From: Octopus vulgaris
Taxonomy: Eukaryota
DNA length: 64,000 bases
Direction: 5' to 3'
NCBI GenBank assembly: GCA_951406725.2
Contig: OX597830.1
Coordinates: 18,724,001-18,788,000 of the forward strand
Shown: in pieces, positions 1 through 13,182 of the stretch
Layout: every line of letters begins with the position of its first letter
Position numbering within the stretch: position 1 is the stretch's first letter
The notes under the pieces: model-generated
Databases searched by the model: none
What the model saw: the letters and a program-made list of their open reading frames with translations, nothing else
Told to the model about the DNA's origin: nothing
Program-made: the position numbers and the translations under genes

Positions 1-48
1 AAAATGGTCAATAATTAAAAATTTTTGAAAAGCACTAGCCTAATCATT

Positions 49-345
49 GTTTGTTTGTTCTTTCTCGAGCTACCCTGGCTCATAGGGCCAGTTTCCTTGA
101 CGTATAGGTTCCCCACCTGGACGGGACGCTGGTCCTTCACAGGTGAGCTGCAAGATGCAGGAGGAAAGAGTGAGAGAAAGTTGTGGAAAAAGAGTCAGCA
201 GAAGTTCACCATCATCTTCTGCCAGAGGCCGTGTGGAGCTTAGGTGTTTTGCTCATAAACACACTTATTGCCCGGTCTGAGATTCGAACCCGCGATCCCT
301 CAACTGCGAGTCCACTGCTCTAACCACTAGGCCATGTGCCTCCAC
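49..345 (-). mobile_element. tRNA-derived SINE (octopus OR-like family), full length
   Basis: A and B boxes on the - strand (tggcctagtggttag; ggttcgaatc), (AAAC)n tail, 12-bp TSD agcctaatcatt (37-48, 346-357). Homologous to 21247-21550. Confidence 0.85.
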
Positions 346-1163
346 AGCCTAATCATTAGTGCACTCTTTAATAATGTTCTTTCCATAAACATGTCTAAAA
401 GTGGTAGGGATCTTTATTAGGTTGCCGTCAGGGATTTCTGCTCTCCTGTAAAGTCCGTCACAGTACAAGGTCCAAATTTTGCTGGTATCAGTCAGTCTTT
501 GTCTTTTATACTGGATAAAACAATTTCATTGTTTTTAAAATATGATTATGTTTTGCAAATCAATTTTGTTGTATTGTTTGTTTGGCCAATCAACTCCACC
601 CTTTTCATCCCTGGTTTAGCAAAGTGATGATCAAAATCCTTTTAGTGGTAGCCATGCTATCTTTTCAGGCCTATATAAGAACTGCGTTACTCAATGTGTC
701 TTTTTGTTGGCAGACTGTGATTTGAGGGAGATTTGACTGTCATTTCTAATAGCTTATTCTCTATAGGCTGAGCAACCAAGTAGATCATGGGCATGCAGTT
801 TTGATCTTTGACCATGGGTCAGCCCTGTGATGAAAAATATTCCAGCCATGACCAACCTGTCTGTTTGCATATTAGAGACTACATTGTGATTATGTAGAAG
901 CTCTGTCATTGGCTGTTGGTGATGATGATGATGAAATTACTGAGTGTGAAGATTGTTATTGCTGTTGTTGTTATTGTTATGTCCTAGGCCATCTCTGTAA
1001 TTAAAGACATTCCACCCATAACCATCTGATCATATTTTTAGATATAATAGATATCTGGATCTACAGCAATGTGTCCTTCCTTTTTTAAGATGCTAGATTA
1101 TTATTGAAGGGAAATGTGGCTGCTATTTCTAACGGTTCTAACTGGTCAAGTGACCATATAGAG

Positions 1164-1232
1164 CAGTGGTTCTCAACCTGTGGTCTGCAAAGGTAATACT
1201 GGGGATCTGTGAACTAAATTCAAAATTTCATA

Positions 1233-1300
<68 letters not shown>

Positions 1301-1400
1301 CACACACAAACACATAAAGATAAGCATATTAAAATAGGTCCATGAAAAAACTAATTTAAATAAAAGGGGTCCTTGGTAGTGAAAAGGCTGGAAACCACTG
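1164..1400. mobile_element. hAT-type MITE with internal (TA)n
   Basis: TIRs cagtggttctcaacc / ggctggaaaccactg; degenerate 8-bp flanks atatagag/atatgtag. Confidence 0.65.
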
Positions 1401-1764
1401 ATATGTAGGTTTGTTATTTTTTGTGGTGGTTGCTGTTGTGGTAATAGTGATGGTCGTAGTACTAACAAGGGTTATGTGCTACTGTTATTGTTCATGATGG
1501 TGTATTGTTATTGTTGATGAGGATGTTTTGTTGTTGATCATGGTGATGATGATGTTGTTTAGCCCCAGGTCAACTCTGAATGTGCAAACCTAAAATCAAT
1601 GTTGTTCCAGCCAGCACAGCATTTATTTTTACCCAGGCAGTCTTTTCTTTTTTAAAATGGTAGGGTTTGATTTGAGGGAGATGAAGCTCCTATTTCTTGT
1701 AGATTGAGCAACCCTAGGTTGATGCTTTTGGTAATTGTGTTGGGGGTGGTGATGACACTAGTAA

Positions 1765-2238
1765 CACTGTGTAACAAGATTTTTCTACCTGGGTAGCAAA
1801 TGTTATTTCATTTCTTATTCGCTTACCCCTAGAAAATATGAATAATGGCTAATATTTCCTTCAAACTTTGCTCTTTTTACATTCCGTCTCAACACATGGC
1901 TATGATGCTCCCCGACTACTCCTGCTCATAATCAGAGATGCACATATTGTCAGAAGCTAAGGGACATGCTCATGTGATTAAGGCCTGGTAACTGACAAGC
2001 AAATCTGTGGTTATTGAGCAGAATATTTGCCATAACGATATTTCTGCTTCAGCAACTCAGGGCTGAATCAGTCTGAAATGTAATGGGAAAATAGGTCAGT
2101 TTCAAACCATTGATGTCCAGGTCAGAAAAGCAAAGTTTGAAGGGAATAACAGTAATTTCCTTTGGTTTCTAGGTTGAAGCAAATAGGAAATAACTCTTAC
2201 AAAGACAAAAAGAAATTAAAATTTTTATTACACATTGT
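1765..2238. mobile_element. Interspersed repeat with imperfect terminal inverted repeats; second copy ~27210-27695
   Basis: Near-colinear match to 27210-27695. Its internal segment (aacacatggctatgatgctcc...gagcagaatatttgc) also occurs in 9600-10045. Confidence 0.6.
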
Positions 2239-2348
2239 AATCTGTTAGGTGAGATTAAAAATGATCTGCTACTGATAATCATGTAAACCAATAGTATATG
2301 TTTCATAGTCAGGCCATCAGCGACTAATTGTGCAGCATCATTCTAGGG

Positions 2349-2549
2349 CAGTGCTTTTCAAACTTTTTGCTGGAGCGGAACCCCAAGGAAACATTCCACT
2401 GGCTCGAGGAACCCCTGTGCAATAATTTAATAGTCTTATGCACACATATCTGCACAGGAGAATTAAAAATTACTGCCGATTTTAGCAGTTTTGTAACTTC
2501 TTGCGGAACCCCTGGACTGTACTGGCGGAACCCTGGTTGAAAACCACTG
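2349..2549. mobile_element. hAT (Charlie-like) MITE, 201 bp
   Basis: TIRs cagtgcttttcaa / ttgaaaaccactg; flanks ttctaggg/ttctaagt. Near-identical copy at 15130-15330. Confidence 0.8.
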
Positions 2550-3027
2550 TTCTAAGTTCTCACTCGGGTGTATGGAGACTGAATGAACAACCTGACAGGA
2601 CTAAAAAAAAATATATGTACCTGTCCACAAGGATGGATTGAACTCAACATGGATTGAACATTCATCCAACCAACCTACAAATGAAATAGGGATTATGTTA
2701 AAGTATTTGAGTCTAACATTGTTAATTCTCTTGGCCACCCCTACAGCTGATTGTCCCAATCAGACTTACCTGCCTTGTCTTTTCTCTAATCTGGAAAAAT
2801 CCAGATAAAAGAAGCCCTTTGATAAGTACAATGAGCACTGAGTGTGGCTTAAGTTGGTTCTGGTCAATTGCATTGTCAGAAACAAAAGATGCGTACCATA
2901 TAATGATGATGATGATGATAGTGATGGTGTTTTAAGTCTTGTGAAAAAAAAATGCTATTTTTATTTCCATTTTCATTTCTTTTCTTTAATTCTCTTAAAT
3001 TCATAACTTTTGCTTCTTTCTTTTCAG

Positions 3028-3282
3028 GTTCGCATAAGAACAGGCGTGGGGCCTGTAGCCGTACACTGAGTGGACATTTGTCCCGAGTTGATGAGGAACC
3101 AAGTACTACAGAGCCTTCTAAAGAACAGAGTAGCAGCAGGGTTGAAACTGTCGATCGAGGGGTTGGTCCAACTCCTTTCCCACCACACAATGTTGACCCA
3201 AGAATTCAACATTTCTTTGGTGGAATACCACATCAACAGTTCCTGGATCCAAGGAATGGTCTGCTGGAAACTTCTCCATATG
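3028..3282 (+). CDS. Gli: Gli coding exon a (phase 1/1, 255 nt)
   Basis: ttttcag acceptor, G/GTTCGT donor. Encodes RRGACSRTLSGHLSRVDEEPSTT...FLDPRNG, similar to vertebrate GLI3 SKVSEEPSTS and MDPRNG. Confidence 0.85.
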
Positions 3283-3426
3283 GTTCGTATTCTTACAACC
3301 ACTCTTTCTGTATCTTTTTCTTTTTACGTGTGTGAGATTCGGGGGTTGGCATCTCTTTTCATCCTTAGTTTTTTTTACTTGTAAGTAGACACACCTGTAC
3401 ATACATTCACACAAAAATGAGTATTA

Positions 3427-4230
3427 GGTACAGGTGTGGCTTTTTGGTAAGAAGCTTGCTTCCCAACCACATGGTTCCAGGTTCAGTCCCACTGTGTCGC
3501 ACCTTGGCCAAGTGTCTTCTACTATAGCCTCAAGCCAACCAAAGCCTTGGGATCTTTTCGGTTTGAACGGCAGTTTTTTAACATAATTTCCACGTAACTA
3601 AAAACTTTTAAACTTCGTATACTGGTAGAATGTGTTTATAAAACATCTTTTTCTCTTGGCTTTATTGAGAAAATTCTATAGTTTGTAAGATATTTGTTGT
3701 TTTTTTTCTTCAATTTCTGCAATTTCAACCAATCAATGACATCTATTGAGGTGAAAACATTATGTGCCGTATGAATATGTCCCTCGTTTAAGAAACAGAT
3801 TGGGTTTATTTACATTTGTGAAGAAAAAAAGATACCCTTCCCCCATCCCTAACCCTAAAAGAGATTGAAATGCAATAGATCAATACTAGGGTCATAATTA
3901 TGGGTGACAATTTCATATGACACTGCTAGAAAAAACTGCCATTCAAACCGAAAAGATCCAAGCCTTGTAAGTGGATTTGGTATATGGAAACTGGAAGAAG
4001 CCTGTAGTGTGTGTGTGTGTGTGTCTTTGTGTCTGTGTTTGTCTCCCACCACCACATGACAACCTGTATTGGTTTGTTTACATCTCTATAACTTAGTTTG
4101 GCAAAAGGAGACTGATAGAATAAGTACCAGGCTTAAAAAAAAGTACTGGGGTTGATTCATTCAACTAAAAGTTCTTGAAGGCAGTGCCCCAGCATGGCCA
4201 TAGTCTAATGACTGAAACAGAAAATAGAAA
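3427..4230 (+). mobile_element. tRNA-derived CORE-like SINE interrupted by a MITE
   Basis: Head with B box ggttcagtccc, CORE-like ccttggccaagtg, internal (TG)n, tail ccagcatggcc...actgaaac. Confidence 0.75.
3550..3959. mobile_element. GGATC-terminated MITE with 8-bp TSD
   Basis: ~29-bp TIR ggatcttttcggtttgaacggcagttttt; TSD aagccttg (3542-3549, 3960-3967). Inverted copy at 33092-33531. Confidence 0.85.
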
Positions 4231-4534
4231 AAGATAAAAAAATAAGGGTACAAATGTATGCACACACACACTCACTCATACTACCTGTCTGCCTCTGATA
4301 GGATTCTTGCAGTACTTGTCTATAAATTCTACTCACAAAGCACTAGTTAGTCCCAAACCATAATAGAAGACATCTGCCCACAGTGCCATGTTATGGGAAG
4401 GAATCCTAGATTATATGACTATGAAGCAATTTGAAGGGAATTGTTTTCATTTCCTTAATTTCTAGACAGAAGCAAATAGGAAATAACACTTACTGACCAA
4501 GACAAAAAAAAAAAAAAAAAATTGTTACAGTGTA

Positions 4535-4721
4535 TAGGCATAGGAGTGGCTGTGTATTAAGTAGCTTGCTTACCAACCAAATGGTTCCAGGTTCAGTCCC
4601 ACTGCGTGGCACCTTGGGCAAGTGTCTTCTACTATATTCTCGGGTCGACCAAAGCCTTGTGCGTGGATTTGGTAGACGGAAACTGAAAGAAGCCCGTCGT
4701 ATGTATGTATATATATATATT

Positions 4722-4774
<53 letters not shown>

Positions 4775-4985
4775 GTGTTTGTGTGTCTGTGTTTGTCCCC
4801 CAACATCGCTTGACAATCGATGCTGGTGTGTTTACGTCCCCATAACTTAGCGGTTCGGCAAATGAGACCGATAGAATAAGTACTAGGCTTACAAAGAATA
4901 AGTCCTGGGGTTGATTTGCTCGACTAAAGGCGGTGCTCCAGCATGGCCGCAGTCAAATGACTGAAACAAGTAGAAGCGTAAAAGA
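4535..4985 (+). mobile_element. Full-length tRNA-derived CORE-like SINE with internal (TA)n
   Basis: Same family at 11120-11500(+), 11640-12035(-), 15020-15570(+), 23693-24088(-), 25068-25480(-), 34035-34615(-), 39395-39955, 45955-46345(+), 51005-51445(-). Confidence 0.85.
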
Positions 4986-5358
4986 GTGTAATACCTTGTG
5001 AATGAAATTTGGTAGATAGAATCTACATCGAAGCTCTTTGTACACTGTGGATGGTACAGTAAAATAGAATTGCTTACTAATTGGTGTAGAGTCTATCCCA
5101 AGAATTTTGCCCCTCATGGTGACTATTTTGCTTGAAACAGGATGCACATGTATTTGTGTGTGTTTGTGTGCATGTGTACATCTTTTGCTGATGTACATAG
5201 TTGAGAAAAAGCAATAAATCAATGTTCGGAGAGAAAAAAAATCTGTTTATTCCTTACAAGTTGTATACACCTGCAGCTTTATTACTCACAAATGCAAACT
5301 TGCTGGTTGGGGGTAAAATAAATCATTAATGTCTCCGTGATTTTCTGCTTTGTTTCAG

Positions 5359-5482
5359 GTATTCCTTTTCCTTACCCAACTCTTCCCATCAACCAGTCGT
5401 TGCCCTTGAATACTCACACTTTAGAAGGACGATACCATTGGCCACCACCTCCACCGACAGCATTTCATCATCCAACACCTGG
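5359..5482 (+). CDS. Gli: Gli coding exon b (phase 1/2)
   Basis: tgtttcag acceptor, GG/GTAAGG donor. Encodes LPLNTHTLEGRYHWPPPP, similar to GLI3 PIDARHHEGRYHY. Absent from the ORF track. Confidence 0.88.
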
Positions 5483-6001
5483 GTAAGGCCACATTTCCAG
5501 ATCTTTCCTAAATCATTAAAAAAAAAATGTATTGCAAATTGCTTCAATGGGTTTGCATAAATAACAAGTGTTGACCCAAGTTTTATAGCGTTTACCTTAG
5601 AACAGTTGAACTTCATCATGTTTAGGATGCTGGACTGTCTTAGATAACATTTCTAGTTGAGCTTACATTTTTTCCTGAAAGCTATCTGAACGGGAGAATG
5701 CTATACAGAGAACAAATAGTACCTCTGGATGGAACAAAATGTACCTCAAATACTCAACAAAGTGACACACTGCTGTCAAGTGGTTAATATGTGATGCACA
5801 GAAAACATTAAAAACCATTCTGTGTGCACTCATTCATTGTCTGAAAATTGCTGGCTTGTGAAATTATATTGACAGATGTTGTTGGCTATCTGCCAAGTTC
5901 ATAGAGAGGATTGCCCCACTGCCAGCCTTTGGGCCAAAAAAGGTAGGCAGTTTCCCTTTATCTTGTAACTACAGTAAAAGAAATTGCATAGTGGACGAGA
6001 T

Positions 6002-6229
6002 TACCCCTTTAGTATTTAAACCAGTCATATCCGGCCAAAAGTATTTTGCTTGTTTTACGTTCAAACTGGCCAGATCTGGTCTCTCACACCAACCCTACAA
6101 TATCATCTTAAAAATTAACAGCTACCTCATCAAAATCTCATAACTACAAGATAATACATGATTAGTTCAAAACAATGTGGATAAAGCAGCATTAATTTTG
6201 GCAGAATAATGTGAACACTAAAGGGTTAA
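6002..6229. mobile_element. piggyBac-like TTAA MITE
   Basis: Ends tta(c)ccctttag / ctaaagggttaa. Relatives at 13272-13761, 44260-44491, 54621-54852. Confidence 0.65.
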
Positions 6230-6992
6230 AAGGACAGAGGACAGACAATTTAATCTTCTGTCAAGCCTTCATCAACCTTTTGAAAGTCCACTTGGTGAGG
6301 AAGGAACTGTTGCACACTTGTGAATTCCACTGAGGTTGACTTTGCCTTTCAACCTTTTGGGGTCAATAAAATAAGTACCAGATAAGCGCTGAGGTTGTTA
6401 TAATCAACTAACCCCTTCCCCACCAAAAATTTCAGGCCTTGTACCTATAGCAGAAAGAATCATTATGTAAGACAGTGAGTGAGCTGGTAGAATCATTAAC
6501 ATGCCAGACAAAATGTTTAGTCGCATTTTGCCTGTCTCTATGTTCTGAGTTCAAATTCTACCAAGTTCTACTTTGCCTTTCATCCCTTCAGGGTTGATAA
6601 AATAAGTACCAGTTGAGGGCTGGGGTCAATGTTATCAACTTTCCCCCTTTCCTAAATTGCTGGCCTTGTGCCAAAATTTGAAATTATTATTATCATTATC
6701 ATTATAATTATTATTATTATTATTTTTCTTTTTAACTCAGGTTTCGTTGGAACTCCTGGAGTCTTGCATGTGTAGCAGGCTTGCTACCTGCAGCCTCTGG
6801 TACCATGCTCTCTGTTCTTTTGAACATCTTCTACCCCTTGTTGCTCTTTCTATCTTTTTCTTCATCTTCTTTTCCTCCTTCTTCCTCTTCTGCCTCCTTT
6901 TCCTCCTTCTTTTTTCAAACATAATTCAAATAAACTCTCATCAAATTGAGTGCTAATTCACACCAACTGATTTTTCCACCCTTATTCCACAG

Positions 6993-7162
6993 ATTATCCA
7001 GCAGTCCCTCCCACCCGGAAGTCTCCATATTGAGTATGCGAAGTCCAATAAATGCAGATGCTGTGCCACACTTTACATCTCGGTTACATTGGGAGCAGTT
7101 ACAGAGGAATTTGTACCACAACCAACTGGCCTCTCGGAGATGTAGCCCTGCCTCGTTACCAG
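6993..7162 (+). CDS. Gli: Gli coding exon c (phase 2/1)
   Basis: ttccacag acceptor, G/GTAAAA donor. Encodes LSSSPSHPEVSILSMRSP, similar to GLI3 LSSSPTYPDL. Phases match neighbours. Confidence 0.85.
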
Positions 7163-7320
7163 GTAAAATCATTTGGTGTTGTTAGTTTTGTTATTGTTGT
7201 TAACCGTGATCAAGCATTTCTGAGATTCAAAGGTGTCCCAGCTGCGTGTCTCATCCGTATTTCTTCCAGGTATAATGCATCACGGACTAAATTATCCAAT
7301 ATATCCTTCAGCTTAAAAAA

Positions 7321-7705
7321 AATAGTAGAGTATGGTTTGAAAGAGATTTGGTTGCTATTTCTAGTAAATCAAGCAATCACATAGCTTTCTTTGATTACTC
7401 ACCTTTACAGATGATTTTCTAATCTTCTTGTCTTTGTTGTTGTTGTTGTTAGTATTGTTATGGTCACTGAATAGCTACACTCAATCTGCTTGAGTAACTA
7501 GTTGGTATCAGTGTAATAGTAGAGTGTGATTTGAAAGAGACTTGGCTGTTATTTCTAGTAAATCAAGCAATCACATAGTTTTCTTTGATTACTCACCTTT
7601 GCAGATGATTTTCTAAACTTCTTCTTGCTTTTGTTGTTGTTAGTATTGTTATGGTCACTGAATAGCTACACTCAATCTGCTTGAGTAAATACTTGGTATT
7701 GGTGC
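7321..7705 (+). repeat. Local tandem duplication, two ~190-bp units
   Basis: 7321-7513 and 7515-7705 are colinear with scattered substitutions. Confidence 0.85.
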
Positions 7706-7769
7706 ACTCAGTTTACAGTTAGAAGTAGCACACTCAGCGCTCTTGATTGTAACCTACTGCAGTTGCTGT

Positions 7770-8261
7770 CTTCTCCTCCTCCTCCTTCTTCCAATCAGGA
7801 CTCACACCATTAGCCACAAAGAATAATCTCTAATTCGAGCCTACTCTAAACTACTAAGAATGCGTATGGCAACTTGAAGATCCACCCACCACACGCGATA
7901 GACTGGCGGTTGCACGGGCGCGAAAGCTACATTGTTATCCTCATTCTGTAAACGGGGGCTTTTAACAGGTGGAGAGCTGAACCATCTTGGGGTACAGAGG
8001 ATTCGCAATCTAGACTAGGGTCTGAAAGTTTACATCATAGTGGGTTACACCATGGTTCCTCTGGTTTGTGGCAGAAATAGGAAGAAAGAATGAAAGAAAG
8101 TTGTGGTAAAAGAGTACAGCCCCTCCCCCCATCCCCGCTGGAGCCTCGTAGAGCTTAGGCGTTTTTGCTCAATAAACACTCACAATGCCCGGTCTGGGAA
8201 TCGAAACCACGTTCTTATGAACACGAGTCCGTTGCCCTAACCACTGGGCCATTGTGCCTCC
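7770..8261 (-). mobile_element. Composite SINE: OR-like tRNA head fused to an unrelated 3' module
   Basis: 14-bp TSD actgcagttgctgt (7756-7769, 8262-8275). The 3' module also occurs at ~56625-56890 without this head. Confidence 0.8.
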
Positions 8262-8824
8262 ACTGCAGTTGCTGTTGTTGTTCCTCTACCACCTGAAACA
8301 TGAGCAGCAAATTTGGAATCCACTCTGTCTGTAGTGAGACCTGGAAGCAAAACCTCACAACCTTGATATCTGGGTCCAGTCCACACTTGAGTCAGATAAT
8401 GCACCCTGATTACCAACCAATCAGCTTCTAGGAAGATCCTGCTATACCATAGTATGTCATCACTATGCTTTCCATTGTATAAAAGTGAAAACCCATCAGA
8501 ATCATAGCAGAGGCTGAAAAAGCCACGAGAGAATGTATATCTTCATCTCTCATGAAAAGCAAGCCAGAGTTCACCCCTTTGAAGCACGAGCAACTAGCCT
8601 TTACAATTTCGAGTTTTCCATTGCTGAAATTCAGCTATTATAGTAAAAAGGAATTCTTAAATAATGATGAACAAACTCTATTTCCCCATCTCAAGTAACA
8701 TTAATCTTTTCTGTTTGAAATTTAATTACTGCTAGGTTTGATTCTAGCTTCCCACAATACACTACTGGTAACTGCTGGAAAACCTTTATAAATGTGAATA
8801 TTGTACATTACATCAATAAGAACC

Positions 8825-9590
8825 TGTGCCTTACAAAGACAAGACTTTCTTTGAAATCCTTGCTGTACTTAGATGTGCTGTCTTCTACATGACCTGTTAC
8901 CTTGCCATCAATTTCTCTTTTATTTTCACAATCCTCAAAGCTTTCTAAATTGCATCCCAAATGCTCCAATCACTAATGGACTCATTAACCCAACAATTAT
9001 TTTGAAAATAAATGTATTTTTTCAGACATATTTTTTAATTGTTTTATTTTACTATGTTTTGAATGGTGATTTTGAGGTATATTTCAAACCTTATTTATTA
9101 TGAATTTTAATTCAATAATATTGATTTTAAATTACAGCATTGGGCAGAAACGAGTTAACCCGTTTTTAGACGAAGGAACTTGTTTGCTGTCGATTTTGGC
9201 GAGTCTATCTTTTGACGAGTTAACTCGCCAGAGATGGAAAAAAACGATTTCGGTCAAAACGCATATATTCGTTTCTGCCGGGTAAGGGGTTAAAGCCTTC
9301 TTCTTCTTTTCCACAATTTCCTACCTCCTCCTTCAGTGGTTCATACTTCTCCATCTTTATCATGCTTTTTATTTTTCACTCTGCTGTCTCCTGAGATGGA
9401 GATATCAATAATTTGAGCCTCTTTAGCTTTCTTGTTGACAACTACAATGTTTGGCCTTCTTATCTCAATCATTCTATCACAATGAATGGGGAAATCTCAC
9501 AAAAGCTTAAATTTGTCGTTCTCAAACACCTGTTCTGGTTTCTGCTCATACCATTTTGCTGCTCTGACGAACCCACATTTCTCAGATATC
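8825..9590 (-). mobile_element. Decayed R4/Dong-clade non-LTR retrotransposon fragment (REL endonuclease region), split by a TTAA MITE at ~8986-9293
   Basis: - strand translation WYEQKPEQVFENDKFKLL*DFPIHCDRMIEIRRPNIVVVNKKAKEAQIIDISISGD, then PLVIGAFG...KTAHLSTARISKKVL. Confidence 0.75.
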
Positions 9591-10149
9591 ATTCAATTAT
9601 TATTATTGAGTGAGAGAGCAGTGCATGCCATCAAAGTGACACTGGAGTAAAAATATATGAAGCTCAATATACACATCATGACTACCCATCTGATAAGGGT
9701 ACACCAGGCACTTGCATCACAACTATATGCGCACGACATGGTGATCTCACATCAAGATAAACAGTGCATGACCTTGCAGCAGGTCGAGTAGCCCATCCTG
9801 TTCAAAAGGTCCCTGAATAAGGTTTGTTTAAGGACGATGAGAATGAAACATCTGTTTCCAAGGGCGAATTATTCAAACCCCAAACAATTCTCCTCAAAAC
9901 ATGGCTGTGATGCCCCACCCCCACTACTTTTGCTCATGATCGGAGATGCACATATCATCAGCCATTAAGGGACATGCTCAACTAGTTAAGATCACGCAAC
10001 TGACAAACAAATCTGTGATATTGAGCAGAATATTTGTTGTAACCCAACTTTTATACTAAGACAAAGGATGTATGTGATAACACTTCCAATCATTAAGATC
10101 AAAAGCCACGAGAGCCACTGCCTAGTACCTTTATTATCAGGACCTTTAT

Positions 10150-10465
10150 TATTATTTCTCTTTATCATAGATTTTGTTGGAGTTCTTGGAGTTTTGCAGT
10201 GTAGCAAGCTTGCTACCTGCAGCCTACGGTACTATGCTATCCATTCTTTTCAACTACCTTGTACTTTCCTGATCATTCTGGCCGTGCCAAAGAGGCAAAC
10301 CTTTTGTAACAGTTCTACTGAGCACTCTATTCCAATCTCCTTTATATTCCCCTTGATACTTTCTGATACTGTTCCCAAGGACCCAACAATAATTGGCACT
10401 ATTTTCACCTTCTTCGTTTTCCATAGCCAGGTTATTTTATACTTAAGATGGTTGTATTTTATTAT
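10150..10465 (-). mobile_element. 5'-truncated R4/Dong-clade retrotransposon 3' end flanked by (TAA)n
   Basis: ORF 10250-10513 KYNHLKYKITWLW...VPIIVGSLGTV...LLQKVCLFGTARMIRKV is a typical REL C-terminus. The 3' UTR matches 6735-6830. Confidence 0.8.
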
Positions 10466-10840
10466 TATTATTATCATTATTGTTATTAATATTATTTCCT
10501 TGTCAAGGGTCACTTAGCTTAATGGTACAGAGCACTTAGCTGGAATTAGTGAGACGCAGGGCTTTATTCTCCATAGTGGCTTGCTGGCCACTTTTTAAAC
10601 AAGGCAGTGAGCTGGCAGAGTTCTTAGCATATCAGGCATAATGTTTAGTGGCATTTCATCTGACTTTATGTCCTGTGTTAAAATCCCGCCAATGTCAAAT
10701 TTGCCTTTCAACCTTTCGGGGTTGATAAAATAAGTACCAGTTGAGCACTGGGGTTGATGTCTTCCCTAAATTTTCTGGCCTTGTGCCAAAATTTGAAACC
10801 ATTATTGTTATTATAATGTCTACGATTTATGTCATTGCAG

Positions 10841-10972
10841 GTTTTCCAATTGGAAGTGCTGGTTCCCTGATAGATTATCCGTCCCCATTAAGTCTAAGTC
10901 AGCGCAGTATGTTCTCAGAGATCCCACCAACGCCTGGCAGTGGAAGCATCACATTACCAGCATCTCTTGAAA
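10841..10972 (+). CDS. Gli: Gli coding exon d (phase 1/1)
   Basis: ttgcag acceptor, A/GTAAAT donor. Encodes GFPIGSAGSLIDYPSPLSLSQRSMFSEIPPTPGSG, similar to GLI3 GQRSPYADIIP. Confidence 0.8.
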
Positions 10973-12984
10973 GTAAATAATATTTCTTTTTCTTCTTCAC
11001 ATCATTCTTCATTGAATGTAGGAACACCAAATTCCTACCCCTTTTCTGTAAAAACACACAAAAAATAATTACGACAGAAATCAACAGGAATTGATTAACA
11101 AAAACAAAATATCTTTTAAATAGGTGTAGACATGGCTGTGTGGTTCAGAAGCACCAACATTGCAACTGCTTGGTTTTAGGTTCAGTCCTGTTGCACAGCA
11201 CCTTGGGCAAATATCTTCAACTTGAGCCCTGGGCCAACCAATACTTTGTGAATGAATTTGATAGACAGAAATTGTATGGAAGCCCATTATATAAATGTGT
11301 GTGTGTGTGTGTGCCTTCACCACACCACTGCTGCTTAACAACTGGTGTTGGTTTGTTTACGCACCCATAACTTAAAAGTTTGACTAAAGAGACCGACAGA
11401 ATAAGTAGCATATTTACAGAGGTCAGTTTATTTGACTAAACTCTTCAAGTGGTGCCCCAGCATGGCCATAGTCCAATGGTTGAAACAAGTAAAAGATAAA
11501 AGAACAGCATAATTATAAAAAATTTTTAATAACTCTTTAACAAGTAATTAAATATTATGATAATTAACACAATAAAATGCATTATTAATATAATTTGTTT
11601 TTTTTTCCTCTACTTGTTACATTTTACTCTCTCTCTCTCTATTACTCTTTTACTTGTTTCAGTCATTTGACTGGCCATGCTGGAGCACCGCTTTTAGTTG
11701 AGCAAATCGACCCCAGGACTTATTCTTTGCAAGCCTAGTATACTTATTCTATCGGTCACTTTTGCCAAACCACTAAGTTACGGGGACGTAAACACACCAG
11801 CATCGGTTGTCAAGCGATGTTGTGAGGACAAACACAGACACACAAGCACACACACACATATATTCATATATACGACGGGCTTCTTTTCAGTTTCCGTCTA
11901 CCAAATCCACTCACACGGCTTTGGTCAGCCTGAGGCTATACTAGAAGACACTTGCCCAAGGTGCCACACAGTGGGACTGAACCCGGAACCATGTGGTTGG
12001 TAAGCAAGCTACTTACCACACAGCCACTCCTATGCTCCTTCCTTTCGTTAAAAACAAGTATTTCCTTAGTTTAGAAATACAAGATCTTAATTCCTATCTG
12101 TTCTGATTTCAAATTCCTCCAAGGTTGACTTTGCCTTTCATCTGCAGGGTTGATAAAATAAGTACCAGTTGCGCACTGGGGTTGATATGATTGACTTACC
12201 CCTTCCCCTGATATTACTAGTCTTCTGCCAAAATTTGAAACCAATTTCTTTCTATTCTGGTGTAAATAGGAATTTAACATTTAATCCTTCGGCATTCAGC
12301 TTCCTCTGTCAAATGTAATGCTTTTTGATTCTCTGTCCCTCTATACTTTTAATCTCTCAGCTGGCAGAAAGCCAACCCTCCCTTGATACTACTCTCCACT
12401 CCTAGTTGAGGGGATTTTACCTTTTTCTGTCTTGCAAGGTACTTGGCAACCCTCTTGGTGATGGTGCCACATAAAAAGCACTGTTGCTGGTGTTGCATAA
12501 AAAGCACTGGCGCTGGCGTCACATAAAAGGTACCTGGTAAACTCTACAAAATATTTAGCATTAGGAAGGGCATCCAGCTGTAGAAACCTTGCCAAAACAG
12601 ACAACGAAGCCTAGTACGACTCCCAGACTTGCCAGCTCCTGTCAGCCCTTGATAGCATGAAAAACAGACATTGAATGATGAAGATGACAATGATGATGAT
12701 GAGGCTTCTACACAGTTTCTGTCCAGCAAATTATCTCACATTGTTCAGCCTAGGGCTATAGTAGAAGACACTTGCCCAAGATGCCATGCAATGAGACTAA
12801 ACCCAAAACCATATGATTGTTAAACGATCTTCTAACCCACAAATTTAATAAACTAAAATTGCCATAACAACTCACCTCATAAGTTTAGACATTTAAACAA
12901 ATGGTTTTAATTTTGCTTCAATGTAATAACTTACTTGTTTGTTTCTTTATTTTTTATTTTTTAAAATATTTTTACATCATTCAG

Positions 12985-13182
12985 GTTCCCGATTAACAAG
13001 TCCCCGACCAACCAATATATCAAAAAGCCGCAAGCGGGCTTTGTCTCATTCTCCAATATCCGACTACTTCGACATCCAAAGCTTAACGCGAAGTTCTGAA
13101 GGCTCACTCCAGTTAACACCACTTCCTCACAATTCTCGTAGCTCAAGTGCTGCTAGTGGCTCCTATGGTCACTTATCTGCTG
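12985..13182 (+). CDS. Gli: Gli coding exon e, SUFU-binding SYGHL motif (phase 1/1)
   Basis: Encodes SRLTSPRP...SRKRALSHSPISDYFDIQSLTRSS...NSRSSSAASGSYGHLSA. AG/GT boundaries. Confidence 0.95.
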
